Shown in pieces: positions 42,132 to 59,145 of a stretch of DNA of 64,000 nt. The notes under the pieces are model-generated. The model saw only the letters and a program-made list of their open reading frames with translations. It did no database searches and was not told where the DNA came from. Source of the stretch: the human T2T-CHM13v2.0 reference genome, Homo sapiens. The position numbers were made by a program, and so were the translations under genes. The number at the start of each line of letters is the position of its first letter. Positions within the stretch are counted from its first letter, which is position 1. The stretch spans positions 16,224,001 to 16,288,000 of the forward strand of contig CP068257.2 of the NCBI GenBank assembly GCA_009914755.4. The letters are read 5' to 3'.

Positions 42132-43012
42132 TCAATATCTTTATTGACATAAATGGATATTGTATAACGTCTGTTCTAGATGCAATCTGTAAGTTGGTTT
42201 TATTTGCTTTTTTCTTTTAGTACCAGGTATTAGATAACCTAAAGGTATGCACAAAGTTTTGTCCTTGGATAATAAAGTGCTGGCTGCTGGGTTTATCGGT
42301 TTTCACTGTAAAATGCCAAAAAAAAAAACAATCTAGAAAACATCCAAATTATTTTACTGTGAAATTTTGTTAAAATGAATATATTGCTGTAATCACATAC
42401 CCTTACATTTTACCAAGCACTTAACGTAGTCCTATAAGAATGCCCAAAACTAGTTGTTGATATACTGGTTTTTTTTTTGCAGATGAAAAAGCAGGCTCAG
42501 AGTGGTGGCGTGAGCTGCTTCAAGTCACATAGTAACTAGCCAATGTCTTAAATGAGCCCTTGGAGCATCTACACGGTGTTCTGTGATCAAAGGCCTCAGG
42601 GAGTTTTTACAGATTTCCTTTCTGTTGCTTCCCTTTTTGTTTATGAGACTATCCTTGCTGCACGCCTCCGTTCTCAGTGTCAGTTTTTTTGCTGGCCCAG
42701 GCTTCTTCTATTCATAGCCAGAATGGAAGTCCCAGCACCAGTTCCTGCCCTGTGTGTAAAGCAGGGTCGTTTCTTGTCTGAATAAAATTTGCTGGTGGTT
42801 TTGCATATCTTAAAGTTTTGGAAAATGTATCCAAAGAGAATGCTCTTTTTTTTGAGATCGGGCCATCAGAAACACTGATCCCAGCATCATTTAATTTAAC
42901 ATCCTATTGGAGAGAAGAATAAAACACATCCATTCATATTCAAGGAAATCAGACCTAAATGTATCTACTTCTTAAAAAAATTCGAAGATATTGTCTTTAA
43001 AATAATAACCCG

Positions 43013-43316
43013 GCTGGGCACAGTGGCTCATGCCTCTGATCCCAGCACTTTGGGAGGTCGAGGTGGGCGGATCACGAGGTCAGGAGATCGAGCCCATCCT
43101 GGCTAACACCGTGAAATCCTGTCTCTACTAAAAGTACAAAAAATTAGCCAGGCGTGGTGGCGGGTGCCTGTAGTCCCAGCTACTCAGGAGGCTGAGGCAG
43201 GAGAATGGCGTGAACCCGGCAGGCGGAGCTTGCAGTGAGCCGAGATGGTGCCACTGCGCTCCAGCCTGGGCGACAGAGCAAGACTCCGTCTGAAAACAAA
43301 CAAACAAAGAAACCAA
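43013..43316 (+). mobile_element. AluY-like (CpG-rich)
   Basis: ggctgggcacagtggctcatgcctctgatcccagcactttgggaggtcgaggtgggcggatcacgaggtcaggagatcgagcccatcctggctaacaccgtgaaa...ccgtctgaaaacaaacaaacaaagaaa. A possible 8-bp TSD aataaccc sits at 43004-43011 and 43313-43320. Confidence 0.85.
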
Positions 43317-43446
43317 TAACCCTCAGGAATATTAAAAACCATCTCAACTTGCTGAGGAACCTAGAATAAGATATGTGTAGGGCTGAGAATATGAGCGATG
43401 AAAAAAAATTTCTTGACATAGTCAAATGGTGAAAACACTTATTTAT

Positions 43447-45858
<2,412 letters not shown>

Positions 45859-46469
45859 CGGAAACCACTTATTTTAAAATAAAACAATATGATAAGCATT
45901 ATATTAAATCGACAATTAATATAATATGTTAAAAAATAATTAAAAGCATTATTTAAAATAGAATAATAAACTATTTCCTCCATAAGGTCAATTAGGTATT
46001 CTGCCTTCATTGCCTTAAGGAAGGGACAATACAGACAAATCTGATCACAAAAGTTAAATTCTTGGTTAATCTATTTCTACTTCTAGAATTTAGCAGTAAA
46101 TGATAGATTTTGAAGATGAGATAAAGAGTTGTTTTTCCTGCTTCTGATTTACTGAACCTAGGAAGAAAGAAAGTGAGAAGGTGAACAAGAGGCTAGATAT
46201 GGTGTTACTAAAAATTGGAGGCTGACACTTGATTTCTCTCCTTTGTTGACTGCCACTGCCATCTTAAAGGAAGACAGCAACCTCAGATACGTTGGAGTCT
46301 CAGATAATTAATTGAAGGGAACTATGCTGCTGTTTGCTGAACTTAATTTGTCCCATTGCTAGAGCCAATTGTTAAGTTTTTAGGAGTTTCGTGAACTTGC
46401 TAGTATCACATTGGTAACTTGAAATCAGCCATGGTGAGAGTTTTAATCTACAGAAATGGGCAGATGCTC

Positions 46470-46967
<498 letters not shown>

Positions 46968-47289
46968 TTAGGGTTCCTGCTTGTCTCTTTGTACTCTGAG
47001 GAGGAGTAGAACAATTTCTCATGTATCTAAGAGCAGCACAGAGTGGGAAAGTATCTCAGACAATATTGATAATTGACCTGAAGCCTCAGAGTGGTATGGG
47101 AGAGCAGATCAGTTTTTGCGAGCTCCTTGAAATGGGCATAGCAGTGATTCAATATGACCAAGTTTGAAGATTCCTGAGGTTGAGGCCAAATGATGTGTCA
47201 GCAACCTGTGTGGTTTAGGGTTAGGATTTGGATAAAGCAAGTGAGTCACGAACCCTGGGTGCAACATTTAATGGTGTGCCAAAAAACTC

Positions 47290-47930
<641 letters not shown>

Positions 47931-49489
47931 CATATTTGAAATATCAAAATTAAGCAAAAGTACATTATGAATAAAATATTAATATATTAAGTAAAGCCAG
48001 TATCGATATCAGTGAGTTTTTCTTCTGCCTCAGGCTGTGATGGACTACAAGGGGTACTGTTACTGATCCTGCTTCACTTCTTGTTGATCCTGCTTCACTC
48101 CTCTCATCCTGGTCTAGGGGAGGGAGTCGGCTGGATCAGGGGTGGGAGGCAGGGTGCCTTGAATAGCTTGCAACTTAGTTCCTGAATGGGAGTTTGAAAT
48201 GGACAGACAATGTATTGAATTTCAGAAAAATAAAGCTGTAATTCTTGCACATGTGACTTGTAGGCTCAGATTTGAACTTCCTGCACATGAGTTTGGCTGC
48301 AAGTTATTCTTGTATCTATAATGAAATAATTTATAAACATTGTTTTTTATCTTCATGTGGGATTAAATATTTCGTTACTTGTTGGTAACAGCTGTAGTCA
48401 GGTATGACTTATAGAAATCATGTTGCCATTTTCTTAGATGGTTTCAAATCTGTAGGGATATCTGTATGTATGTATATATATCTCTGTCTATATATATTCT
48501 GAACTTCATTACAGTGTGCCATCTTTTCTAGTGCTAATATTAGAGTCATTGGTATATAGTTCTCAAGATCCTTCCAGTGATTTATCAAAAATAACAGAAA
48601 AATATTTTGACCAACAATTTCAATAAATTCACCCTTGACTTATTTTCTAATATCTTGGTTAATGTCAGCTTTCATCTCATCTCCTAGTCTCTGCCATTTC
48701 CAATAAAAATAAAACAAAAATAGCTGACATTTTATCAGTCTGACTATGCACCAGAAACTTTGGAAATTGCATTACATGCATTATCTTATTTACTATGACA
48801 GCTCTGTAAGAGATGGACGATTAAAATGTCTATTTACAGATGAAGAAACTATACCTTAAGATAGTCACGGGACTGGCAAATGGCAAACTCAAACCCTTGT
48901 CTGCCTGGTTCCAAAGCTTGTTCATATACTCACTGTGCCAAACCACCAAATCCAATGTTCTTATACCTCAAGATGAGGTCCACTGATCCCCTTACCCCAA
49001 GTGGCAACGGTGTTTTCCTTTTTCTTAGAGCTAGAATATCGTGTAGCATCTCCAGTTTACAGGGGCTGTATTATCTCTTTTTATTCCTAGAACATAATGA
49101 TTGATGAAGTATTAAGACTATGTTTCCTTATGAAAAATAACTGCGAAAATAATGTCAACAGATAGTACTGGTGATGGAATTGAATAGAAAATTTAGCACA
49201 AGATGGAAAATTTATAAAACAAATGACAGACCATGTTGATATTTGTGAATTGGATCAGTATTGTTTTATTTACAAATGACAGAAAACCTTCTCAAGCAAG
49301 ATCGTGGGAGCTGGGCTGGTGGCTTTGTGAGGGTGGACTGGGATCTGGATTTGGAATGGAAGGAAGCACTCACGATGTGGGGATGTGAAGGCCACCTGAG
49401 CCAAGACCAGAACAGGGAATAGGGTAAAGGTTAGGGTTTTAGGGCAAGAGTGAGACTGCAGAAAGAAAACAAGACAGCGGTACAGTAAT

Positions 49490-49935
49490 GGAGGTCAGTC
49501 CATTCAGGCTGCTGTAACAAAACACCAGAAACCAGGGGGTTTACAAAAGCTTGCATTTATTTCTCATGGTTCTGGAGACGGGAGAGTTCAAGATCAAGGT
49601 GCCAGCTGTGTTTGGTGAGGGCCCGCTTCTTTACTGATGGTATCTCTTCACCCTCCTCTCACATGGCAGAAGAGTAATGGGTCTCTCTAGGGCCTCTTTT
49701 ATAAGGGCACTAATCCCAAACATGGGGGCTTCACTTCCATGGTCTAATCGCTTCTCAAATGCTTGAGTCACCAGAAACACCAAGGCATGATTAGAGGTCT
49801 GGAACTTTCACCCTAACACTCAACCTATAGGAAGAGGGGCTGAACTTGAGTTCAGTCACCAATGGTCAGTGATTTAATCAATCATGCCTACATAGTGAAA
49901 CCTTCATAACAGACCCTAAACAATGGTATTAGAAG
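49490..49935 (+). mobile_element. Ancient LTR-type interspersed repeat (family uncertain; ...ctgtaacaaaa.accag...gttctggag.c.gga.agttcaagatcaaggtgccagc... consensus)
   Basis: gctgctgtaacaaaacaccagaaaccagggggtttacaaaagcttgcatttatttctcatggttctggagacgggagagttcaagatcaaggtgccagctgtgtttggtgagggcccgcttc...tcacatggcagaagagtaatgggtctctctagggcctcttttataagggcactaatcccaaacatgggggcttcacttccatggtctaatc..., a widely distributed mammalian repeat consensus. Confidence 0.5.
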
Positions 49936-52339
49936 AACTTTCTGGCTGGTGTACACATTGAGGTGCTGGGACGGAGACTGGCCTGGAGGAAGCATGGAAA
50001 CTCTGTGCTCCTCAGCCCTCTATACCTCACCCTATGCATAGGGCAAATAGACGTATCACAATATTACAGATGTGCAGAGTGGTTTCTGATTCCAGGTTGG
50101 AGCCTGACTTACACACTGTGCTGCTCATCTTTGATCTTCATAGGCCTATAATCTAATACTACTTTAGTAATACATATATGGGACCACAAGAACACTTAGC
50201 ACAACCATTCTCTTTAAGTGCCATATTTTGGAGAGCTTCAATTCCAAAGCAAAAGATGTCTATCAAATTTTACAGTTAAAAAAAAAAAGAATGAGGTTTT
50301 GGTAAAGGCAGGAAGATAAATCGAGAATACACATGTGGGAGGGGTTGAAAGTAGGTGTAAGACAAGTGGCCTGCACATTTTGGCGTGAGGAGGGGAAGGA
50401 ACTGGTAGAGATGGTGGGTGGGTCATTGACTGAATGGCCTAGTGGTGGCATCTTCAGGTGAGGCACATATATGAGGAGGAGAGGAGAGTTCTTCCTAAGG
50501 GGCAAGTAAAGAGAAGGTGAATAAAAGGAAGGCTGCTATTCGAGAATGGTGCAGTGGAGAGGAAACAGGAAAAAAAATTGAGGAAGATTTCTCCCATTTA
50601 ATGAAGTACTTCAGTATGTCTAATTGGAAGTATACATTATTAGTGGAAGTCTTTGAAATGAATTCCTCAGCAAAGCCTAAGGTAGTTTAAGAATTTAATC
50701 TCTGTTTTTCCTCTTTCACTCATGGATATGCTTATGTATTATTATCAAGTGGACCAGTTGATTCTCTAGTTGGTTTTGTTGTGACATAAAATGTCTGTTT
50801 AAGTGATCTTTTTACGTGGTAAATATGGTACTTTATAGATTTTTGAAATCTCAACTTTTTCTGTCCTGATATTTGCCTTCATCCTTTTTCCCTTTCCTCT
50901 CTTCAAGAAGCTGTGCTGTTTGTGGTCATTTCCTATAGAGGAATGTGGAGCATGAAGGTTTGGTGAAAACATATATGTTTCCATTCTTTCTCAGGCTTTT
51001 CTTTTCCAGAATGCTAAGCCTCAAAGAGAATAAAAAGCCAGAGCTGAGGTTTTGAGGAGGTTAAAGCTTTTCCAGGCAGAGAGAAAAATTCAGATGAATT
51101 TGTGAAATTTGTGAGTAAAGTGATCTGTGCCTTGCTCCCTAGGAATAACACTGGAGAGATGAGAAGATCCCATCTGCCTCTGTCGCCTGGATGAATCTTG
51201 ACTTACCCGCTGTGCTGCCTGTCTTTGAGCTTATAAGCCTATAACCTAACAATGCTTCAGTCATTAGAGATATACATTCCGGTATATAGGACTATTAAGA
51301 ACGCTTAACCATTCTCCTTAAGTGTCATATTTGGCAATAAATGACCGCATGGCATGTCTAGGTACCTGGTACACCTTAGACAATCATACAGATGTTCTGT
51401 ACCCCCAGCATGGTATGAATGTAGAGTGAGTCTTAATCGCCAGTAGTCTCCCAGAAGCAGCAGAGATTGTGTTGGACCTGAAGGAGCCATGCAGACAGGG
51501 ATGAGGCATGTCTCCTTCAGAGGAGGCAATGGGTATACCAGTGTGTGTCCCCAGGCTCAGATTACACACAGAGCCAGATGGTCTCCTTCTGATGCTTGGA
51601 TACCGCAAATAGCCCCAGAACTTAAATGCAACCTCAGAGGAAAGTGGCAAGGGAGCCCAGATTAACCGAGATTAAGAAAAAGAACCTTATTTTTTTCCAG
51701 TTTATATCCAGATTGTCTCCAAGTCATTTATTACAAATTCATCTTTTTTTCAACTGATTGAAAACAACATCACATGATATACTAAAAATTATTTTATATA
51801 TTTAGGTCTATATTTGGGCTTTCTTTTCTATCCCAGTGAATTATTTATCTATTTTTGAACAGGCACTGTATTTTCTTAATGTTGTAGCTTTATAATATAT
51901 TTTATGACTTGTAGAGCTACTTCCTCCTTGTTACTGTTTTTTTTTTAGATTTTTTAAAATTATTTTTGCTCATATTTTTATAGAAACTTTAAGATTAGCT
52001 TCAGTAGTTCAAATTATTGCTAGTATTTTTACTAGAATCAATTTAAAGTTATGAATTAATGGAGGTTTCCAGCTTTATCATGTTGATTTTTCCTATTCAG
52101 AAACATGGTATGCTTTTTTTATTCGTTCATACCTATTTTTGTTGTTGTTGTTCATTACTAGTGTTACATAGTTTCTTCACATACATTTTGCACATTTCTT
52201 ATTAGGTTTCCTGTGTATAAGTCAGAGTCCCAGCAAGAAAGGTATAGCAAATATTCCAATGGGCTAATGGAGGGGAGTTTGATGAAGGGATTATTTTCAA
52301 AGGTGAGGAAAGGGTTAAGGAGACTCAACAAGGGACAGT

Positions 52340-52870
52340 GTAAAGGCTAATTTTAGGTGTACACTTGACTGCATTAAGTAATATCCAGAGAGCCGGTAAA
52401 GCATTATTTCTGGGTCTATGAGGGCGATTTTGGAAAAGATTGACATTTGAGCCAGCAGACTACGTAAGGAAGATCCACTCTCACTGAATGTGAGCGAGCA
52501 CCATCCAATCAGCTGAGGGCCCAGATAGAACAAAAAGGCAGAAGAAAATCAGATTCACTCTCTCTCTTCTGGAGCTGAAACAACTTTCTTTTCCTGCCAT
52601 AGGACATCAGGACCCCAGGTTCTCTGGTCTTGGGACTCTGAGACTTGCACCAGGAATCCTGCCCAGGCTCTCAGGCCTTTGGACTCAGACTGAGCTACTT
52701 CACTGGCTTTCCTGGTTCTCCAGCTTGAAGATGGCAGATCGTGGGACTTCTCAGCCTCCATAATTGAGTGAGCCAATTCCCTGGTAAGTCCCCTCTCACG
52801 TATTTATATCTATATCCTTATACTATTTGTTCTGTTTCTCTGAAAAACCCTGAAGAACACAGCAGTAAAA
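52340..52870 (+). mobile_element. MaLR LTR, MLT1-type
   Basis: ...ccatccaatcagctgagggcccagatagaacaaaaaggcagaagaaaatcagattcactctctc...ctgggactctgagacttgcaccaggaatcctgcccaggctctcaggcctttggactcagactgagctacttcactggctttcctggttctccagcttgaagatggcagatcgtgggacttctcagcctccataattgagtgagccaattccctggtaag...atactatttgttctgtttctctgaaaaaccctgaagaacacagc. Confidence 0.6.
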
Positions 52871-53256
52871 TAACCTGGGGCTAGCGACCACAGAGAGTAA
52901 CAAGAAGGTGGAAGGAGTGTACCAGACTCTGGAGGGGACACTTGGAAGAGATTCATGCCCTACCCAAGGTGGGGCCATCTGTAGAGGGATGCAGACAACC
53001 CAGGGAAGGACACACCCTGACCTCACTCTTCTCTTGCCATCTGATTACCTGGCAGTGCCTTCTATTGGCCAAACCCAACAGAAGCCAGAGAAGAAAGGTG
53101 ACCATTGATGTGGTTCACAAATGTCTATCTGCTGGGACACAGAGAAGAGTAAAGAGTAGATCTACAGGAGGTAAATGAATGATATTTAGCACACTGCATG
53201 TTTTATCTTTTTGTTAACAGTGTAAAAATGAAGTCTTCTGTTGTCTCTCTCTGATA

Positions 53257-53292
53257 TGCGTGTGTGTGTGTGTATGTGTGTGTGTGTGTAGT
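53257..53292. repeat. (GT)n microsatellite
   Basis: tgcgtgtgtgtgtgtgtatgtgtgtgtgtgtgtag. Confidence 0.9.
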
Positions 53293-53686
53293 TCTGCCGT
53301 TCTTGAAGCTAAACTCTAAAGGAGGTGATGAACAATTAGACAAGTAGTTATAATAAATGTGCTACTATATGGGAAATAAAAGATCTCATGAAAGTTTTAG
53401 TAGGTAAACCTTGTGAAGTCTGTGGAGTCATAAATGGCTCCTGAAACAAGACAGGTTTAAATAGATATCCTGAGGATAAGGAAGGTGTTAGGCAGATGAA
53501 GAGGCTGATACTGGTGGGGTATGGCAAAGAGAAACTGGGGGTGAGGGGGGTTTTCAAGTTTGATGAGGGGTTGAAATATTTTATTTCATATATTTTATTT
53601 TTTACTGTTTACTTGCTCTCTGACCTTGGGTGAATTACCTAACTTTTCTGTGCCACAATTTTCCATCTGTAAAGTAGTTATTATAC

Positions 53687-55976
53687 TGTATTAGTCCGTT
53701 TTCACACTGCTGATAAAGACATGTGTGAGACTGGCCAATTTACAAAAGAAAGAGATTTAATGGACTTACAGTTTCACATGGCGGGGGGTTGAGGGGCTCA
53801 CAATCATGGTGGAAGGCAAGAAGGAGCAAGTCATGTCTTACATGGATGGCAGCAGGCAAAGAAAGAGCTTGTGTAGGGAAACTCCCATTTTTAAAAACAT
53901 CAAATGTCTTGAGATTCAGAACTGCCCCCATAATTTAATCACTTCCCCCCGGGTTCCTCCTAGGACACATGGGAATTGTGGGAGTTGCAATTTAAGATGA
54001 GATATGGGTGGGGACACAGACAAAGCATATCATTCTACCCCAGCCCCTCCCAAATCTCATGTCCTCACATTTTAAAACCAATCATGCCTTCCCAACAGTC
54101 CCCCAAAGGCTTAACTCATTTCAGCATTAACTCAGAAGTCTACAGTCCTAAGTCTTATCTGCGGTAAGGCAAGTCACTTCTGCCTACGAGCCTGTAAAAT
54201 CAAAAGCAGGTTAGTTACTTCCTAGATACAATGGCGGTACAGGAATTGGGTAAATGCAGCCATTCCAAATGGGTGAAATTGACCAAAACGAAGGGGCTAC
54301 AGGCCCCGTGCAAATCAGAAATCCAGCAGGGCAGTCAAATCTTAAGGCCCCAAAATGATCTCCTTTAACTCCATGCCTCACACCCAGGTCATGCTGATGT
54401 GAGAGGTGGGCTCCCATCCCCTTGGGCAGCTCTGCCCCTGTGGCTTTGCAGGGTAAAGTCCCGCTCCTGGCTGCCTTCATGGGCTGGTGTTGAGTGTCTG
54501 CGGCTTTTACAGGTGCGCAGTGCAAGCTGTCAGTGGATCTACCATTCTGGGGTCTGGAGGATGATGGCCCTCTTCTCACAGCTGCACTAGGTGGTGCCCC
54601 CATAGGGACTCTGTGTTGGAGCTCTGACCCCACATTTCCCTTCTGTACTGCCCTAGCAGAGGTTCTCCATGAGCACTCTGCCCCTGCAGCAAACTTCTGC
54701 CCGGGCATCCAGGCATTTCCATACATCCTCTGACATCTAGGCAGAGGTTCTCAAACTTCAATTCTTGACCTCTGTGCACCTGCAGACTCAATACCACGTG
54801 GAAGCTACCAAGGTTTGGGATTCCACCCTCTGAAGCAACAGCCCAAGCTGTTACTTTTAGTCATGGCTGGAGCAGCTGGGACACAGGGCACCAAGTCCCT
54901 AAACTGTACACAGCAGAGGGACCCTAGGTCTGGCCCACGAAACCATTTTTTCCTCCTAAATCTCCAAGCCTATGATAAGAGGGGCTGCCACAAACCACAA
55001 AGGTCTCTGACATGCCCTGGAGACATTTTTCCCACTGTCTCGGGGATTAACATTTGGCTCCTTGTTACTTATGCAAATTTATGCAGCCAGCTTGAATTTC
55101 TCCTCAGAAAATGGGATTTTCTTTTCTATAGCATTGTTAGGCTGCAAATTTTTCAAACTTTTATGCTGTTTCCCTTATAAAACTGAATGATTTTAACAGC
55201 ACCCAAGTCACCTCTTGAATGCTTTGCTGCTTATAAATTTCTTTTGCCAGATACCCTAAATCATCTTTCTCAAGTTCAGAGTCCTGCAAATCTCTAGGGC
55301 AGGGACAAAATGCTGCCAGCCTCTTTGCTAAAACATAACAAGAGTCACCTTTGCTCCAGTTTCCAGCAAGTTCCTCATCTCCATCTGAGATCACCTTAGC
55401 CTGGATTTCATTGTCCATATCATTATCAGCATTTTATTCAAAGCCATTCAACAAGTCTCTAGGGAGTTCCAAACTTTCCCACATTTTTCTGTTTTCTTCT
55501 GAACCCTCCAGACTGTTCCAACCTCTGTCTGTTACCCAGTTCCAAAGTTGCTTCCACATTTTCGGGTATCTTTTCAGCAGCACCCCACTTTACTGGTACC
55601 AATTTACTGTATTATTCAGTTTTCATGCTTCTGATAAAGACATACCCAAGACTGGGCAATTTACAAAAGAAAGAAGTTTAATGGACTTACAGTTTCACAT
55701 AGCTGGGGAGGCCTCACAATTATGGCAGAAGGCAAGGAGGAGCAAGTCATGTCTTACATGGATGGCAGCAGGCAAAGAGAGAGCTTGTGCAGGGAAACTC
55801 TCATTTTTAAAACCATCAAATCTTGTGAGACTCATTCACTATCACAAGAACAGCCCAGAAAAGATCTGCCCCCATAATTTAATCACCTCCCACTGGGTTC
55901 CTCCCATGACATATGAGAATTATGGGAGTTACAATTCAAGATGGGATTTGGGTGGGGACACAGAACAACCATATCA
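53687..55976 (-). mobile_element. Complete THE1-type MaLR retrotransposon: 3'LTR at 53687-54040, internal region at 54041-55614 and 5'LTR at 55615-55976, antisense, with 5-bp TSD
   Basis: Both LTRs are the reverse complement of the THE1 consensus: tgtattagtc.gtt.tcacactgctgataaagacat...caatttacaaaagaaaga.tttaatggacttacagtttcacat.gctgggg...cccccataatttaatcac.tccc.c.gggttcctcc...ggtggggacacag...atatca. They share derived variants with each other. The TSD tatac sits at 53682-53686 and 55977-55981. The internal region carries a minus-strand 171-aa ORF at 54211-54726 consistent with the THE1 gag-like ORF. Confidence 0.8.
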
Positions 55977-56404
55977 TATACTAAACTCACAAGTTGTTGT
56001 AAGGATTAAACAAGAAAATACATTTACATTTTTGAGACGGTGCTTGGCAGATAGCACATGCTCAATAAATGGTAGCTATTATTATTAACATTGTATGAGG
56101 ATTAGCTGCAGTCAGTAGAGAGTGAGATCTATCGGAGTAAATACATCTGACTGTATACTGCTAGTGAGGTAGTCAGAGGCCCCACTGAAGACAAAGATAA
56201 GGATCTGAAGAACTGACAGCTTGAGAATAAGTTTTCATATTGTTCCAAGGACAATAAAAAGATGGATTTAATACAGGGAAGTTATATGATCACTTGCCTA
56301 TTTTAGAAAGTTTTGCTGCCACTGTTCATGTCTTGCCTGTTCTTCTACAAGGTACATTTCCAAGCTCCCTTGCAGTTAGGGGCCATATACCTAACTTTTG
56401 GCCA

Positions 56405-56792
56405 AGGGTTTGTATTAGTCTGGACTCACAAGAGAAACAGGACCAATAGGATGGATGGATAGATAGATAGACAGAAACAGATTTATTATAAGAAATTGTT
56501 TCCTGTGATTATAGAGGCTGGGAAGTCCAAAATCTGCAGTGTGAACTGGCAGGCAGAGGCTCAGGAGAGTCTATGATGCCAATGAAATGTGAAGGTAGTT
56601 TGCTGAAGAATTCCCTCTTGCTTGAGGAGGCTGGTCTTTTTGTTCTATTCAGGCCTTCAACTGATCGGATGAGCCTCATCTATATTATGGAGGGCAATCT
56701 TCTTTATGCAAAGTTCACTGTTTTAAATGTTAATGCCATTCAGAAACATCATCTAAGTTAACACATAAAATTAACCACCAAGGGTGTGTTGG
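56405..56792 (+). mobile_element. MaLR LTR, MST-type (third copy, somewhat shorter)
   Basis: tgtattagtctggactcacaagagaaacaggaccaataggatggatgg...gtttcctgtgattatagaggctgggaagtccaaaatctgcagtgtgaactggcaggcagaggct...ttattctattcaggccttcaactgatcggatgagcctcatctatattatggagggcaatcttctttatgcaaagttcactg...aaacatcatctaagttaacacataaaattaaccacc. Confidence 0.65.
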
Positions 56793-58776
56793 GCAGAAGT
56801 GATGTGTGCCCCTTATAGGCAGGGGGTCTAACCCTCTTGTGTACAATCTTCCATGCTTTCTTCCTTTGCTACTTGGCAGGTGAGAGGTACAGTATCTAGA
56901 ATAGGATGTAAACTCTAGGGGGATGAAGGAGCCACTAGGAAGAAGGAAGCAAGTCCTTAAAAGATTAGGTGGAATAGACATTTATCCACCTTTGTCTCTC
57001 ATTGAATTGAGACGTGTGAGAAATAGGCAGATGTTGTGTTAAGCTTTGGGACTTAGGGGTTGTTTATTACAGCAGTTAGTATATCCTGACTGATGAATCA
57101 TTCTGGCAGCAGGGAGGGCAATGTGTTGACACAGGTTAAGGCTACAGTCAGGAAGGCCAGCTAGGAATTTTTGGTACAAGTCCAGGCAAGAGATAATGCT
57201 GAGCTGGACTAGGTTGATGCAGCATGTGGACAGCAGATGTTTAAATTAATCATACTGTGAGTAGTAATAAGCATTTAGTGCTTTACCAAATTATCTCAGT
57301 GAACACTCCAAATTTCTATTTTTTCCAAGAAAAAGAATAAATTGACAGATTGTCCAGATTTATTCCACAATAAAGGAAAGTTATGAAATATGATGCTATT
57401 TCTGGTTTCTTATTTACAGTTAAGTTCATGTTCAACTTAACCAAAAGAATCTTAGGGAAAGTTGAAGTGATAATGCTTAATTAGGAGGTACATGGCAGTA
57501 CAGTTAGAGTGAAGAAAAGAAGAAGTGAGACAGAGAAGTCTAAGAAGCAAATTCAAGGTGATATACCAAGTGGGCCACTGCTTATGGCTCTAAAAAAAAA
57601 AAAACACTGTACCTCAGAACAACCCAACAGATGGAAAATTGTGGGGGAAATTTATCTGTGAGCTCACTCATGTCTCCTGTCTCCTGTTGGCTAAAGGTCA
57701 TTCCAGAGAAAATTTACAACATTGTTCCACTGCTTTAGAGGTGGAGCGAGGCCCAGAGATTCTGGATGTCTGGACAGCCTAGTATGACTTGCTGTGGCTG
57801 CAATTACTACAGAGAAAGCAGCCAATGGCCCACAAAATAGATGAGGCTGAAGAATCAGAGGAGACACTCAAGATGGGTTGATAAATCTGGTTTGGAACTC
57901 ATCAGTGGTAGCTCTGATAAGGTTGTTAGCACACTTATCTATGAAGTACTTTAATTAAATAAAGGGTTATTTAATTGCCCATGTAGTGTGATAGTATTAC
58001 TGCTATTTATGTGGAAATTAAACACAATAACAACAGCAATGTTTTACATTAGATTTCAGGAATGTGGGGTGACATTCCTTATGAGGTCTTAGCTTTAAGT
58101 TTATTCTTTTACTGAATGCACTGAGATGTAGCTCCTAAAGGTTGCGAACTCTGAATATCTGAGACAGGTCTCAGTTAATTTAGAGAGTTTATTTTGCCAA
58201 GTTTGAGGACATGCAGCCGTGACAGCCTCAGGAGTCCTGAAGACACGTGCCCAAGGTGGTCAGAGCACAGCTTGCTTTTATTCATTTTAGGGAGACGGGA
58301 GACATCAGTCAACATATGAAAGATGAACATTGGTTCCTTCTGGAAAAGTGGGACAATTGGAAGCAAAGGTGGGACAACTTCAAGCAGGGAGGGGACTTCC
58401 AGCTCATAGGTAGATAAGAAACAAATGGTTACATTCTTTTGAGTTTCTGATTAGCCCCTCCAAAGAAGGCAATGAGATATGCATTTATCTCAGTGAGCAG
58501 GGGTGGGGGTTGGCTTTGAATAGAATGGGAGGCAGGTTTGCCCTAAGTAGTCCCAGCTTGACTTTTCCCTTTAGCTTAGTGATTTGGGGGCCTCAAGATT
58601 TATTTTCCTTTCACAAGCTTTTCCATTATTTACAGCAGACTTTGTCTTTTTCTGCCTCTTTTTTTTTTTCCTGCCAAAGTCTGCATTATCACCATAAATG
58701 CTGACAACTGCCCTATGAGGTAGGTGTAAGCATGGGCTCAATTTTACAGATTTGTAAAATAAATTAAAAAAAGTAA

Positions 58777-59145
<369 letters not shown>

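Noticed and set aside
54211-54726. 171-aa ORF with Arg/Pro/Ala-rich composition. It could be taken for a novel small protein.
   Set aside because: It lies in the internal region of the complete THE1 element between its two LTRs. This is the position and strand expected for the decayed MaLR gag-like ORF.
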